This document shows positions 1-11,851 of a stretch of DNA of 64,000 bases, one piece after another; positions within the stretch are counted from its first letter, which is position 1, and each line of letters begins with the position of its first letter. The notes beneath the pieces were generated by a model. It was not told the origin of the DNA. It made no database searches and saw only the letters and a program-made list of their open reading frames with translations. The translations under genes were made by a program, and so were the position numbers. The DNA is taken from contig OZ024741.1 in the NCBI GenBank assembly GCA_964016885.1, positions 129,146,001-129,210,000 of the forward strand, read 5' to 3'. Source of the stretch: Eledone cirrhosa. Lineage: Eukaryota.

Positions 1-368
1 GCCCAGTCCATTCTAAAGTGGTTGTGTAGGTATCATGACAAAAAACGCCCAGTCCACACTGTAAAGTGGTTGTGTAGGTTCATGACAAGAATCACCCAGC
101 CCACACTGTAAAGTAGTCTTCTTGGTGACACAACAAAAATTGTTTAGCCAACACTGTAAAGTGGTCGTGTAGGTGTCATGATAAAAAGCACCCAGTGCAC
201 ACTGTAAATGTGGTTGATATTAGGAAGGGCATCCAGCCGTAGAAACCAAGTTAATATCAGTTCTGTGTGAGCAAAACATGACCCTCCAACCTGGATCTCT
301 CACAATAGGACAGCATGTCCTACTCATGCTAGCGTGGAAAATGGACTTTAAACAATAATGATGATAAT
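1..368 (+). mobile_element. Older RTE LINE 3' UTR with about five tandem ~50-bp CCACACTGTAAAGTGG units
   Basis: Repeated cccagtccacactgtaaagtgg units, AGGAAGGGCATCCAGCC motif, catgctagcgtggaaaatggac end. Confidence 0.8.
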
Positions 369-511
369 GTATATATACAGTTCAAGAATAACCAAGACAA
401 ACACAAAGATGCAGAAACAGAAAGTCTTATTGGGTTCATGCTTGAGAATAACAATAAATGTGTGTGCGTATGTTTGTGTGTGTATATATATATATGTATG
501 TGTGTGTTCAG

Positions 512-760
512 CATATGGCTGCATGGTTGTGAGTTTGATTTTATGTGACATGTTGTGTCCTTGAGTGAATCACTCTATTTTATGTTGCTCCAATTCAAAG
601 GACGAGCCTTGTCACTGTCATGCTGAATCTCCATAAGAACTATGTTAAAGGTACACATGTCTGTGGAATGCTCAGCCACTTGCATGTTAATTTCACAAGT
701 AGGTTGTGCTTTTTGCTCAAACAACTGGAACACTCGTAGTCAGAATGGTTTAACTCCAGT
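512..760 (+). mobile_element. SINE family C: tRNA/CORE-like head with a different body (relatives 8270-8515 +, 37180-37355 -, 38300-38440 +, 2245-2350 +)
   Basis: Shared aattcaaaggg..gccttgtcac..tgctgaatctc..gttaagggtacac..gctcagccactt..ttaatttca block. Confidence 0.7.
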
Positions 761-1259
761 TATAAAGATTCAGTTGGAAATGACTGTTGCTATTTATAGT
801 TTCAAAAATATTACAATATTATTTTCAAAACATTTGAAAGATTTATATAGAATTATCAATATTTCTGAAAATAACACCTGTTAACTTCTCTCCTCCCCCT
901 CTTCCTTTTACCACCACCACCTATTCCTCCTCTTCACCCCTGCCACCACCACCTATTCCCCCTCTTTCACCCCTGCCACCACCTACTATTCTTCCTCTTT
1001 CACCCCTGCCACCACCACCACCTATTCCCCCTCTTTCACCCCTGCCACCACCACCACCACCTCCACTTCTTGCAACCCCCCTGCCACCACCAGCACAACC
1101 TCCTCCATATACTCATACTTCTCATCCTCCTCCAGCCCTGTTACCACCACCACCACCACCACATTGCAAGTGTGTGGTGGCAACTACTCTAGATGGGTTC
1201 TTTACCTACAGCTTTGCATTGAATTTTGGTGACATGCACACGTACACTTCCATTCTTGT

Positions 1260-1293
<34 letters not shown>

Positions 1294-1735
1294 CCATTCT
1301 TGTACACACACACGTACTTACACTACCATTCTTGTACATACACACGTACTTACACTACCATTCTTGTACACACACACACACATGTACTTACACTACCATT
1401 CTTGTACACACACACACACATGTACTTACACTACCATTCTTGTACACACACAGGTATATGCAGACACACACACACATACTTCCTCCCTCTTGCTCTCACA
1501 TACATTCACACTTATTTTCACACGCACAATTAGACAAACACTCAATCAAACACATACACACAATTAGTCAAACACTCAATGAAACACACACACATCTTTC
1601 TTTGAACACACACACATACATACCATTCTTTGAACACACTAGTCAAACACAGATGCTACATTAATGACCTCCACCCTCATCTCACACACTTTATTTATAT
1701 ATAGAGGTGTATGTATGTATGTGTGTATATCTGTG

Positions 1736-1770
<35 letters not shown>

Positions 1771-2563
1771 ATGGTAGTAGGAGGTAAGTTGTAAATGTTT
1801 TAGTTATTCTGTGACCAGCTGGTACTTTTCACATTCTCTATATTACATCATCACTTCTGTATTGTTCCTCTTTCCATTAAGGACCTCACCTTTCCCTACC
1901 ACCCTCTCCCTACTTTACCCATCATCCCTAACAAGCACCCTACCTTCCAAGCCCCTCCCCTGGTAGAATGCCTGGAAGTATTTACTGTTTGTACTTGTAT
2001 ATAAGCCGAGGAAAATGAAACCAGGATAAACTCCAGCTTTATGAGCTTTCATGTTTAGAATAGACTTAAACTAATTTTATATTCTATACTCAAATCCCAT
2101 TTGTCAAGTACTGAGGTTGATATAACCACATAAATATGATTATACCACTATACCATCATCCTACTGTCAAAATATGACACTTTGTTTTTGTATATAAACT
2201 ATTTCGTCATTCTCATGTATATATGATATTGTATGATATTAATGGAGCTTGTGTCTCTGGAATGCTCAGCCACTTAAACATTAATTTCATGAGCAGACAG
2301 TTCTATTGATTGAACAACTGGAACACTCATTGTTGAAATCAATGAAACTCTATTTTGTTATTTACCAATTATGACAAAAATCTTTGAGAAGAGTGTAATG
2401 GCTTAGACATTATGACTACAACAACCAAGGTAAAGACACTAGTCCAGAGATCTGTGTATAATAATCAACTGCAGCATTCATCATCAGTAATTACAGAAGG
2501 CTTCCATTATATATAACCTTCTCACACTACTCTTATGTCTAACTGTTCTCTCCTTATCTGTAC

Positions 2564-2597
2564 TTTCCTGAAGAAGGACCTGTCTGAAATGTTGAAA
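2564..2597 (+). ncRNA. Degenerate minimal hammerhead motif, same repeat family as 18964
   Basis: TTTC-CTGAAGA-A-GGACCTGTCT-GAAA-TGTT-GAAA; downstream aagcatgaacctaatata homologous to the 18964 flank. Confidence 0.55.
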
Positions 2598-3068
2598 CCT
2601 CCTCCACTTCCTCTAAGCATGAACCTAATATAACTGTGTAAATTTGCCTCCTGTGTTTTGTTTATTTCATTTATTAACTTGCAAGCAGGGAAAAGCAGAT
2701 GTAAAATGAAATAAAATGATATATATATTTCCATTCCAACCCAATCTAGGGCTTCTCACTCCTGTTGAAGGAACCCCTCCCTGTTTGACCTATACTACTT
2801 TTGTAGCTGTACTCTCCATGCTTAGCTAATTGTGGGTTGGTGTGGCTATTTAACCCTTAGTTGGATTGGACGGCTGTTGTCTCTGAGGAATTCATCTGCG
2901 CCCTTTTAACAGCTTTTGTATTTTATACTACTGGGGTTCCATTACCTTCCTCACAAGACCAGAGTCTATTCAGGGAGTTTAGTTGCTGATCATTCAACCA
3001 TGAAGCAAATTGCACAGTGTTCCATGGTACCAGTAGTAGGCAGAAGCCTGACCTGACATATATATGTG

Positions 3069-3136
<68 letters not shown>

Positions 3137-3739
3137 TACATATATATTCTCTTCAAAAATTGATATTTATACTCTATATGTATTGAGTGTTCATTCAGTT
3201 AACGCTTGAATGTTTTAAATACAATGCTATTTAAAGCACCCACTCATATTGTGATGATTATTGCGCACACCCGCGCACAATCACACACACCCAGACATAT
3301 ATATATATATATATATATACACCTTTATTTTGTTAGTTGTTCTGTAAGATACACTGTGAAGTCTATACACACACACACTGACATAGATATTGATGGATGA
3401 AAAGCAGTTTCGGACCAGGTTGTTTAGAAAATGTTTTACACATACACATACCTATATATATACACAGACACACACATATACATATATACTCACACATGCA
3501 TATATACACAATAGATACTATATATGTGTATGTTTGCATTTGTAGGAGGTGCTATTAATTTATCAATATACTTCTTTAGCTTGGCTTAAAATGTTTTGTT
3601 TCAGTGTGTTTCCATATCTATGGAGATAATTATGTTTAAGTGTGCAGGGGTATGTGTGTGGGTGTTGTCTTTATTGTTTTATATATGTTAGCTGACTTGA
3701 TAGTGTGTCACTTGGAGATCAGGGAGTCACTCCAGGTGG

Positions 3740-3900
3740 GGCCACTACTTCTCTGAATTTAGAGATCACAGCTTCGATACTACGGACATTTAGTTAGAAT
3801 GTCTTAGAAAAGAATTGCCAGACAGATTTCACAGGCAAAACCAACTGGCAGGAGACCCAGGGGTCAACCACGAACAAGATGTGGCTTCAATTATTTAATA
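3740..3900 (+). mobile_element. Degenerate RTE C-terminal fragment
   Basis: RSQLRYYGHLVRM...KPTGRRPRGQPRTR. Confidence 0.6.
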
Positions 3901-4991
3901 TTGGAGACCTTTCAACATCAATTAGCTGGCAAATTGGCAGTCATTATAGCAGAGGACAAAATACGTTTCCATGTTCTAGTTCTCTATACTCTTGGTTGAA
4001 ATCCAGCCAAGTTTACTTTTGCCTTTCATCCTTTCAGGGTTGATAAAATAAAACAATTGTTGAGAGCAGTGGACTGATGGAATAAATATAATAAACACAC
4101 TATCTTCAAAATGGGATAAACCCAGAAAGCTTTAAAATATAATTGTAGTGTGTTTAGTAGTAGTAATTGACCAGGGCTGGACTTTCATCTGCTGAGCCCA
4201 TAAGCTATATGAAATTTGAGGTTCTTCTCTAAAAAAATACAATAATTATTTTTTCTATTACTGTTAATGAATAAATAATATATCATCATCATTTAATGTC
4301 TATTTTCGATGCTAGCATGGGTTAGACGAGTTGTTCCATTGTGGGATAAGCCAGATCAAATGACCATGCCTTGCTCATAGAAAACTGATTCTGGCTTGGT
4401 TTCTATGGCAAGGATGCTTTTCCTAACACCAACCACATTTACAGTGTGTACTGGGTGCTTTTTATCGTAGCACCATGTTGACCACTTTGTAGTGTGGGCT
4501 GGGAGGTTTTTGTTGTGGCACCAACACAACTACTTTGCAGTATGGGCTGGGCTATTTTTGTCGTGACACCTACAACCGGAACACTCATCACTGGAACTCA
4601 CATAGGTTCAACACACAGACACACACACATGTATGTGTGTGTGATATATTGTATATACGTAGCTGATCTCACAGACCTTTATGAAGTGCTGAGGGGATAC
4701 TATTAATATCAAGAGTGGTGTACTCATGCATGGAGATGCTTTAAAATAGCTTATAAAATAAGGTGAAGACCCTTTGAGACATAAATAAAAGTTACCATTG
4801 GCCTACACACAATGCCAGAATTTGAGGAATTAAATCAACCCTGTTATTTGACTGGTACTTTATTTTATCGATCCACTGAGGATGAAAAGTAAAGTTGATC
4901 GTAGCAGGATTTAAACTCAGAATGAAGAAAGTCATAACTAAAAGCATTTTGTCTGGTTTTGTTTTTTGCTTGCCACAAGAAAAGCAATAAT

Positions 4992-5183
4992 TGTTTCTAT
5001 TTTTGGCACAAGGCCAGCAATTACCCAGTAGATTACTGGTACTTTATTTTATCGACCCCATAAGGATGAAAGGCAAAGTTAACATCGGCGGGATTTGAAC
5101 TCAGAATGGCAAGGGCCGTAACTCTATACGTCAAAGCATGGCGTCCGACCCTCTACCGATACTGCCAATTCACCGCCAATTCA
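4992..5183 (-). mobile_element. SINE family B: tRNA-derived head, Nin/Deu-like domain, (ATT)n tail; 19-bp TSD
   Basis: GAGTTCAAATCC B box, GCCTTTCATCCTTATGGGGTCGATAAAAT domain, direct repeat CCACAAGAAAAGCAATAAT at 4973-4991 and 5184-5202. Confidence 0.9.
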
Positions 5184-5234
5184 CCACAAGAAAAGCAATA
5201 ATGCCACTAAAATGCAAGGGGTTATGAGATGACA

Positions 5235-5590
5235 AAGAGAACATAATTCAAAGAGAGAGAAGATGGTGATTGATGTTGCTTTTGAAATTTTTGCCTATTG
5301 TAGCTGTAGAGAAAGCAAAAACTTGATAAAGAATTCCATTGGCAAGATGTGTGAAAGAAAAAACTGTCAGAATAGTTTGTGATTATATTTAGGAATCTCA
5401 ACTGTAAAGGATGAGACCTAGCTGCCAATCTAGTACTTCATTTAAACTAGTAAATAAATGGCAACAAAGAGGAAAGCTCATTAGAACAATTCTCATGAAA
5501 GTAAGGACAAAAGGAAGCAACATTTTGATAATGTGATAGAGATTGAAGCTGACATAAGTTAGAACCAATAATGTTGAATGTTTACTTATA
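5235..5590 (-). mobile_element. Decayed CR1/L2/Jockey-type LINE 3' end
   Basis: YSDSFFFHTSCQWNSL resembles the conserved SFFPRT..WNSL C-terminal motif. Confidence 0.55.
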
Positions 5591-6069
5591 TAGAGCTATA
5601 CTGTCCTGTGCGCTCTTTGTTTTTTTTTAACATTGTATGGTGTAATTTGATGGGGATTTGGCTGCTATTCCTAGCAGATTGAGCAACAGTAGGGCTCAAG
5701 GTGATGTGGGCGTGTAATGTATGGATGTTTATTGTATTTTATACTATGTATGTGTATGTGGTAGAGTGGTGAGCACTGGTACGCTGTGCATGTTATGACA
5801 GAGCTGGATGAGGTTTCAGAAAGTTCAGTTTCAGGGGGTGGGGTGTTGGTTGGTGGTGGAGGGAGGTGGGTGAGTACATACTTCACCAAGGACAACATAA
5901 TTATCAAATAGATACCCACTCCCCCCTTTTTGCTCCCACCAACATTGATACTACCACCACCACCACAAACAACAATAGCAACACACAACTGCCACCAACA
6001 TTGCTGTCCCCTCCACCATCACCACCACCAGGCTTATCTCCCTGAGAATCAACTCTAAGACCTGATGAG

Positions 6070-6272
6070 GGAGCCTCTAAATGGTCGCTCAATCATCTAG
6101 AAATAGCAGCCTTATCTACCAAATCTCACAACCTACCATCTAAAAAAGGGGCTGACATTGGATTATGCGGTCCTGGATTCCCTGCACTTAGGAAAAAGAT
6201 GGGATGGTTCACAATTGGAATGTCTTTGATCATAGGTCTGCTCTATCAGGGCTGACCCAGGGCTAAATAATA
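6070..6272 (+). mobile_element. Dispersed repeat family D with AAC/AAT tail (relatives 11295-11460, 15860-15960, 5600-5700 -)
   Basis: Shared ctagaaatagcagccaaatct and gggatggtt..ggaatg.ctttgatcata..cagggctgacc blocks. Confidence 0.6.
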
Positions 6273-6614
6273 GCAATCTTAAAAATAAAAAAAAAACCCA
6301 ACAAAAATGAAAACAAAGATATTAACAAACAAATAAACAAAACAGCAGCATGTTCATACTTGAATATAAGGAATTTGATGTTGGTGGGATGGGGGGTAGG
6401 GGTGAGATGGAGGTTATTAATGTACAAGGATTCACTGTGTGTGTGTGGGTAGGGAGTAAAGTAACTAATAGATTTCCCTCCCCTAACATTGTAACTGCCA
6501 CCACTCTCTTCTCTCATTATGAAGAGGTAGTTGTTGTTGGATGTATGTTAGTATTGTGAAGAGGTAGTAGTAGTGGTTGTTTATCATATGTTTGTGGTCC
6601 AGGTGATTTATTAA

Positions 6615-6886
6615 CTCTTTAGTTACTATCTTAGTAATGAAATAATTAATGTTCTTAATAAATCCCTATTTATCTCTTTTGTTACCAACCTGACCAAAAC
6701 TGGTTCTATGAAACGAAATCCTCCATTTTAACGGGTCCCTGTTTAAACAAAAATCTAACATAATATAACATGATTTGGAAATTACCTAGTAATGAAATTA
6801 TTAATATTTTTAGTAAATCTCTCCAAATTCTTCATTTGTTTAATTGAAATAGAATGTGTTTTATTAGAAATATGGCCATGAAAAGG
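6615..6886. mobile_element. TTAA-flanked MITE, second family (relative 51640-51862)
   Basis: TTAA flanks, degenerate TIRs, interior shared with the 51640 region. Confidence 0.55.
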
Positions 6887-6984
6887 TTAAGGTTCTGTTA
6901 TATTCTTTACCTGTGGGGCCATGTACTCAAACAAAATTTATATGCATACACATACACATGCGCAAGCACTCAAACACACCATAC

Positions 6985-7912
6985 ATGCAAGTGTACCACC
7001 ATGCATTTTGGGAGGAAAAACCCAGCGTTCACAAATCTCTTCACAACAATTTCAAGAAGTCTTCTTATGAATGTGACCTAGGTGTTATTGTCAAGTGATT
7101 TGCATTGGATAAAGCACATCTCTAAAATTGTCAAGTGATTTGCATTGGATAAAGCACATCTCTAAAATTGTCAAGTGATTTGCATTAGATAAAGCACATC
7201 TCTAAAATTGTCAAGAAGGCCGAAGGTCTTTTAGCATTACTCAGTAACTCCTTTGTCAGCCGCTCTCCAGCTATCTATTTAAAGCTGTATTTAGTTAAGG
7301 TGCGGACACACTTAGAATTTGCATCACCAGTCTAGAACTCCTTTCTTGTTCAGAATATTGACCTCCTGGAAACTGTTCAGAGACGTGCATCCAAATAAAT
7401 ACCCTCAATCAGGCATCTACCATACTCTGAATGCCTTGCTTCTGTGGGCATGAATACATTAAAGCTCTAATGTCTGGCAACTGACTTGGTAGACATCCAC
7501 AGAATTAATTATTAACCATCTTTCCGACAACAACAACCCTGAGCACCTTTTTGAATTCCATATATCTAACAACTGTGGGCATGCCAACAAAATCAGAAAA
7601 CAGCTTAGCTCCCATGACTTTTGGAAACATTTTTTATGTTCAGAGTTGCTGAAGCATGGAACAAACTACCTGCATCAGTTGTTAGCTGTCAGGACACTGC
7701 ATCCTTTAAACCTCCATGCTTCCCAAATTCACCAACACCACACCTGATAGTCCTCCTCCATACATGCGCATACATGTGTCTTTGTGTATATCATGACTCA
7801 TACACTGTTCAATTTTCTGACATTTGTACCTTATTCTATGTACTATACATGCACCTTTGATGAGTTGTAGTGCACCTGAGCACTGTACACAATAATTTTC
7901 ATTATCATTATT
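6985..7912 (+). mobile_element. CR1-clade LINE 3' fragment, same family as 27996
   Basis: Colinear with 28775-29360; DLGVIVSS motif; 39-bp internal triplication at about 7087-7213. Confidence 0.88.
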
Positions 7913-10460
7913 ATGTGAAAACGTGCACCTACATGCACACAAACAAACACTTGTACACACAATAGTAACAAAATAAAGAAACAATGTGTCACAGTCTGTG
8001 TGATGTATGAAAGTGTGTGCATATGTGATTGTGTTAGTGGGTGTAAGTGCATGTCTCTGTGTATGTGTGAATATCTTTATGAAATGTAATTGTGTCTGTA
8101 TGTGTGTATGTATATATGTATATGTGATTGAGTATCTATGTATGACTGTGCATGTGGATTTGTGTGTGTGCAAGTGTGCACAAGTATATGCATATAAATA
8201 TGTGTGTGTATGGGAGAAATGGTATGTATATGTATTCACATTTATTTTTGTATGTGTGATAAGCACATACCTTAGTGGTTATGGTGTTTGTCTCATGATG
8301 GTAGGGTCATGAGCTTAATTCACTATAGTGTGTTGTGCTCTTGAACAAGACGCTTTATTTCACATTGCTCCAGGCCACTTAGCTGGGAAAAATGAGTTGT
8401 ACCTATAATTCAAAGGGCCAGCCTTATCACACTGTGTCATGCTGAATCTTTTTGAAAATAGCATTAAGGGTACACATCTGTGAAATGCCTAGTCACTCGT
8501 ATGTTAATTCCATAAGCATATATATATATATGTATATATTATAATGATTGACAACATTCCAGATATCAGATGAGTGAGGTAGAACTTGTCAAATTGGACC
8601 GAAGAAAATAAGGTTTCTATTGGTCTTTCCATTGCTGATACTATCTACTGGCCACAAGTGTCTTGCTTGAGGACATAACGAATTGCCTGGTCCATGAACA
8701 AACTCACAATCTCACGATTGCGAATCCAATTCTCTACCACTATGCTACTCTCTCTCTCTCTCCCTCTCTCTCTTTCTCTTTCTCTCTTTCTCTCTCTCAC
8801 AATCTCACAATCTGGTGACTAAATCTAGGGTCTAGGATCATCATCATCATCGTTTAACATCCATCTTCCACGCTTGCATGGGTTTGGACGGGAGTTTTCC
8901 CACTTGAGGCAAGAGTGGTTTTCTTGCTTGCATAGGACTGTCTGGCGGGTTTTCTATGGCTGGATGCCCTTCCCAACACCAACCACATTTACAGTGTGGA
9001 TGTTTGTAATAAAAGGAAAGTCTTTAAATATGGGTGAATAATTCCCGGAAGTTAGATTATATGTGTGAGTTTTCCATTGAAGGCCATTGCTTTCCATCTC
9101 AAATGTTTGACCATGTCTTCCACTTTCTTCAGAAGGGCTTTTGAGTAGTATTGGTTGGAAGGAGGGGGTCAATTTCAAGAACCTCCATCTTTGGAGGGAT
9201 GTGGCCTAGTAGTAAAGGTGCTGGACTTACGATCAAAATGTCATAGGTTTAATTCCTTGACTGGGTTGTAACATTTCATGTTGGTCCAGTATACTTAGCC
9301 AAAAAGGAGTACCAGCAATAGCTGGGAGTTTAACCTTGTGATGGACTGTTATCCTGTCCAGGAGTTGGTGTGTATTGTACTCTCTAGGCTCTAGACAGAC
9401 TCTAGACTCTTGTTTCATGTTTGTTAGGTAAGCTATTTGGATATATATATATAGATCACTCACAAAGCTGAGTTGATTGCCGAAGTTATGTGACGTTGTG
9501 ATGTGAAGAATCTGCAAACCTGGACAAACTACTTGAAGCTGAGTAGTGTTGTGTAAATTGGATATTTAGAAATTGGAAGAGAGCACTCAATTCATGACAC
9601 AAGTTGAGGTATAGAGATAATTATTACACTAACTATGCTATCATTTCAGGTACAGAGGTTTATTGGGTGCCTCTTTCAGATATTTTTGAAACAACTTAAT
9701 TCATTAGCTTTTTATTGACAATACAATACTCCTCTGTTTTCTGAAATCTTGATATGGTTAAGTTGGACAGTATCAGTGATGCTAGCCCCCAACACTATAT
9801 CTTATATAATGTTTGACGCTTCTCATATATTAGTGGCAATAAACAAAATTAAGCAGAACTCAGCAGTAAGCTCTGATGGGTTCTATATTGACACTAGCAG
9901 GGAACCTCATCATCACCATTTCTTATTTTTTTAAATGGACGTAAAACAGTGATGATGATGAGGTTCCCTGCTAGTGTCGATATCAACTTGCACCTTCTCT
10001 ATCTGTGGAACTCACTGGACGCAAGCAACTTGGCAGAGTGTACTGGGTGCATTTTATTGTGGCACAAGCACTAGAGAGGTTGTCAAGATCTCAACAACTA
10101 TAGAGTCCTCTCTATTTTACATTATTTTTCTTTGATCCGACACAGGTGTAAGACATCAACAACAACAGTAAATAACATTTATTTTAGAGAGCTTTAAAAA
10201 GCTCCCTAGAAATAATTATGCTGTGAGGAACAATATTATTTAATGACAATTATTATTTTAATTATTGCTGCAATTACAATGGACAACTGCAGATTATTGT
10301 GATGTTTTCTTTTATTTTTTAATAATTAATTTCAATTTTTCACCTCGTTTTTGAATTCTAGTAATTATTCAATCATTTTGCACTGATTAAGAACAAATAT
10401 TTAAAAAAATTTTTGTTTCTTAAATTTTAATTTACAATAGCATTCTTTTTATTTTTTCAG

Positions 10461-10631
10461 CTTCAAAATTTGAAGGATGAATATGAAGTGCAAATGGAAG
10501 AGTTGAAGCAAGAATTCTACAACGAACGGCTTAAATATGTCAGGAGCAATTCCAGTGAAAGACAGGACAGTGACAGCAAAGAGTTGGGTGAGGAGGGAGC
10601 TAATGGATCTTTCGACTATAAGCAGAAACCA
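10461..10631 (+). CDS. Internal coding exon A of a coiled-coil pericentrin/AKAP9-like gene (LQNLKDEYEVQMEELKQEF...DYKQKP)
   Basis: Polypyrimidine tract ttctttttattttttcag acceptor, GTGAGT donor at 10632, 171 nt phase 0-0, no stops, E/K/Q-rich heptad-like sequence in non-repetitive DNA. Confidence 0.85.
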
Positions 10632-11813
10632 GTGAGTTTTATATTTTTGGTTCTCATAGAATTTTACTATGTACAAGTTTTAGTTGTTAGCAGAAAATTA
10701 ATCCTGGTCAAGGAAATATAAGGAGAATTTGGCTGTTATTCCTAGCAAGTCAAGTGACAAAGAACAGAGATCTGTAACAGGTGGGCCATACACACTGAAC
10801 AAGAGGGCAATTGAAGTGTTTTCTATGGGCATCAGGCCCTTTCAATTTTTTATATGTAAGATATGTAAATGTGAGAAAAAGACAGAGCTTGGATGAACTG
10901 AGGAAGAAACTGGATTTAAGAGGAATCTGAAGTGGTGTGCTAAAAAAAGAGAAGACTGAGTTGGTATGGACATGTGATGGGCATGGATGATGATTGCTAG
11001 GTGAAGAAGTGCCAGAAAATCCTAATGGAAAGAAGCTACAGTAGAGGTAGACCAAGGAAGACCTAGGGGAGGTGGTGAGAGCTGATCTTAAATGGTTGAG
11101 ACTCCCAGGAGGTGATGAAGGTACTCTGCAAGTGGAGAGATGCTATGCTGAAAGCATGGAAAAATGGTAATGATAATGGTGATATGATGAGATATATATG
11201 TGCGCCATTGTGCTGTTTTGTATTTTTCAAAAATATCTTGCTAATGTGGTTTCATAGGATCCTTGGCTATAAAAACGTTGAAAGCATTGCTCTTTGTAGT
11301 TGCTTAAGCTGCTAGAAATATCAGCCAAATCTCTCTCAGACCACTCCTCAGCAAGTCCTGAATATCTTGCTCATATGAAAAGGGTGGGATGGTTATAGCT
11401 GAATTGCCTTTAATCATATATCTTCTCAACCAGGGCAGACCTAGGGCAATAACTACAACATCTGCACTTACATACCTCTCTTATACATCTCCCTTACATA
11501 CCACACATACACACAAACTATACACTATGCACACACATTCTTATATGTATACCTACACACAATATACATATGTATACCCACACACCATATACATATATAT
11601 ACCTACACACATATGTATACTTACACAGTATACATATGCATACTTACACACTTTAAACATATGTATACTTACATACCTTATACATGTGTATACCTACACA
11701 CTTTATAAACATATGTATACTTACACACAATATACATATATATACCTATACACCATATACATATGTACACCTACACACCGTATACATATATATATATATA
11801 TATACCTACACAG

Positions 11814-11850
<37 letters not shown>

Positions 11851-11851
<1 letters not shown>

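Noticed and set aside
6060-6115. CTGATGAG as a hammerhead core (also 16098 and 42277)
   Set aside because: No stem II plus GAAA or stem I/III pairing
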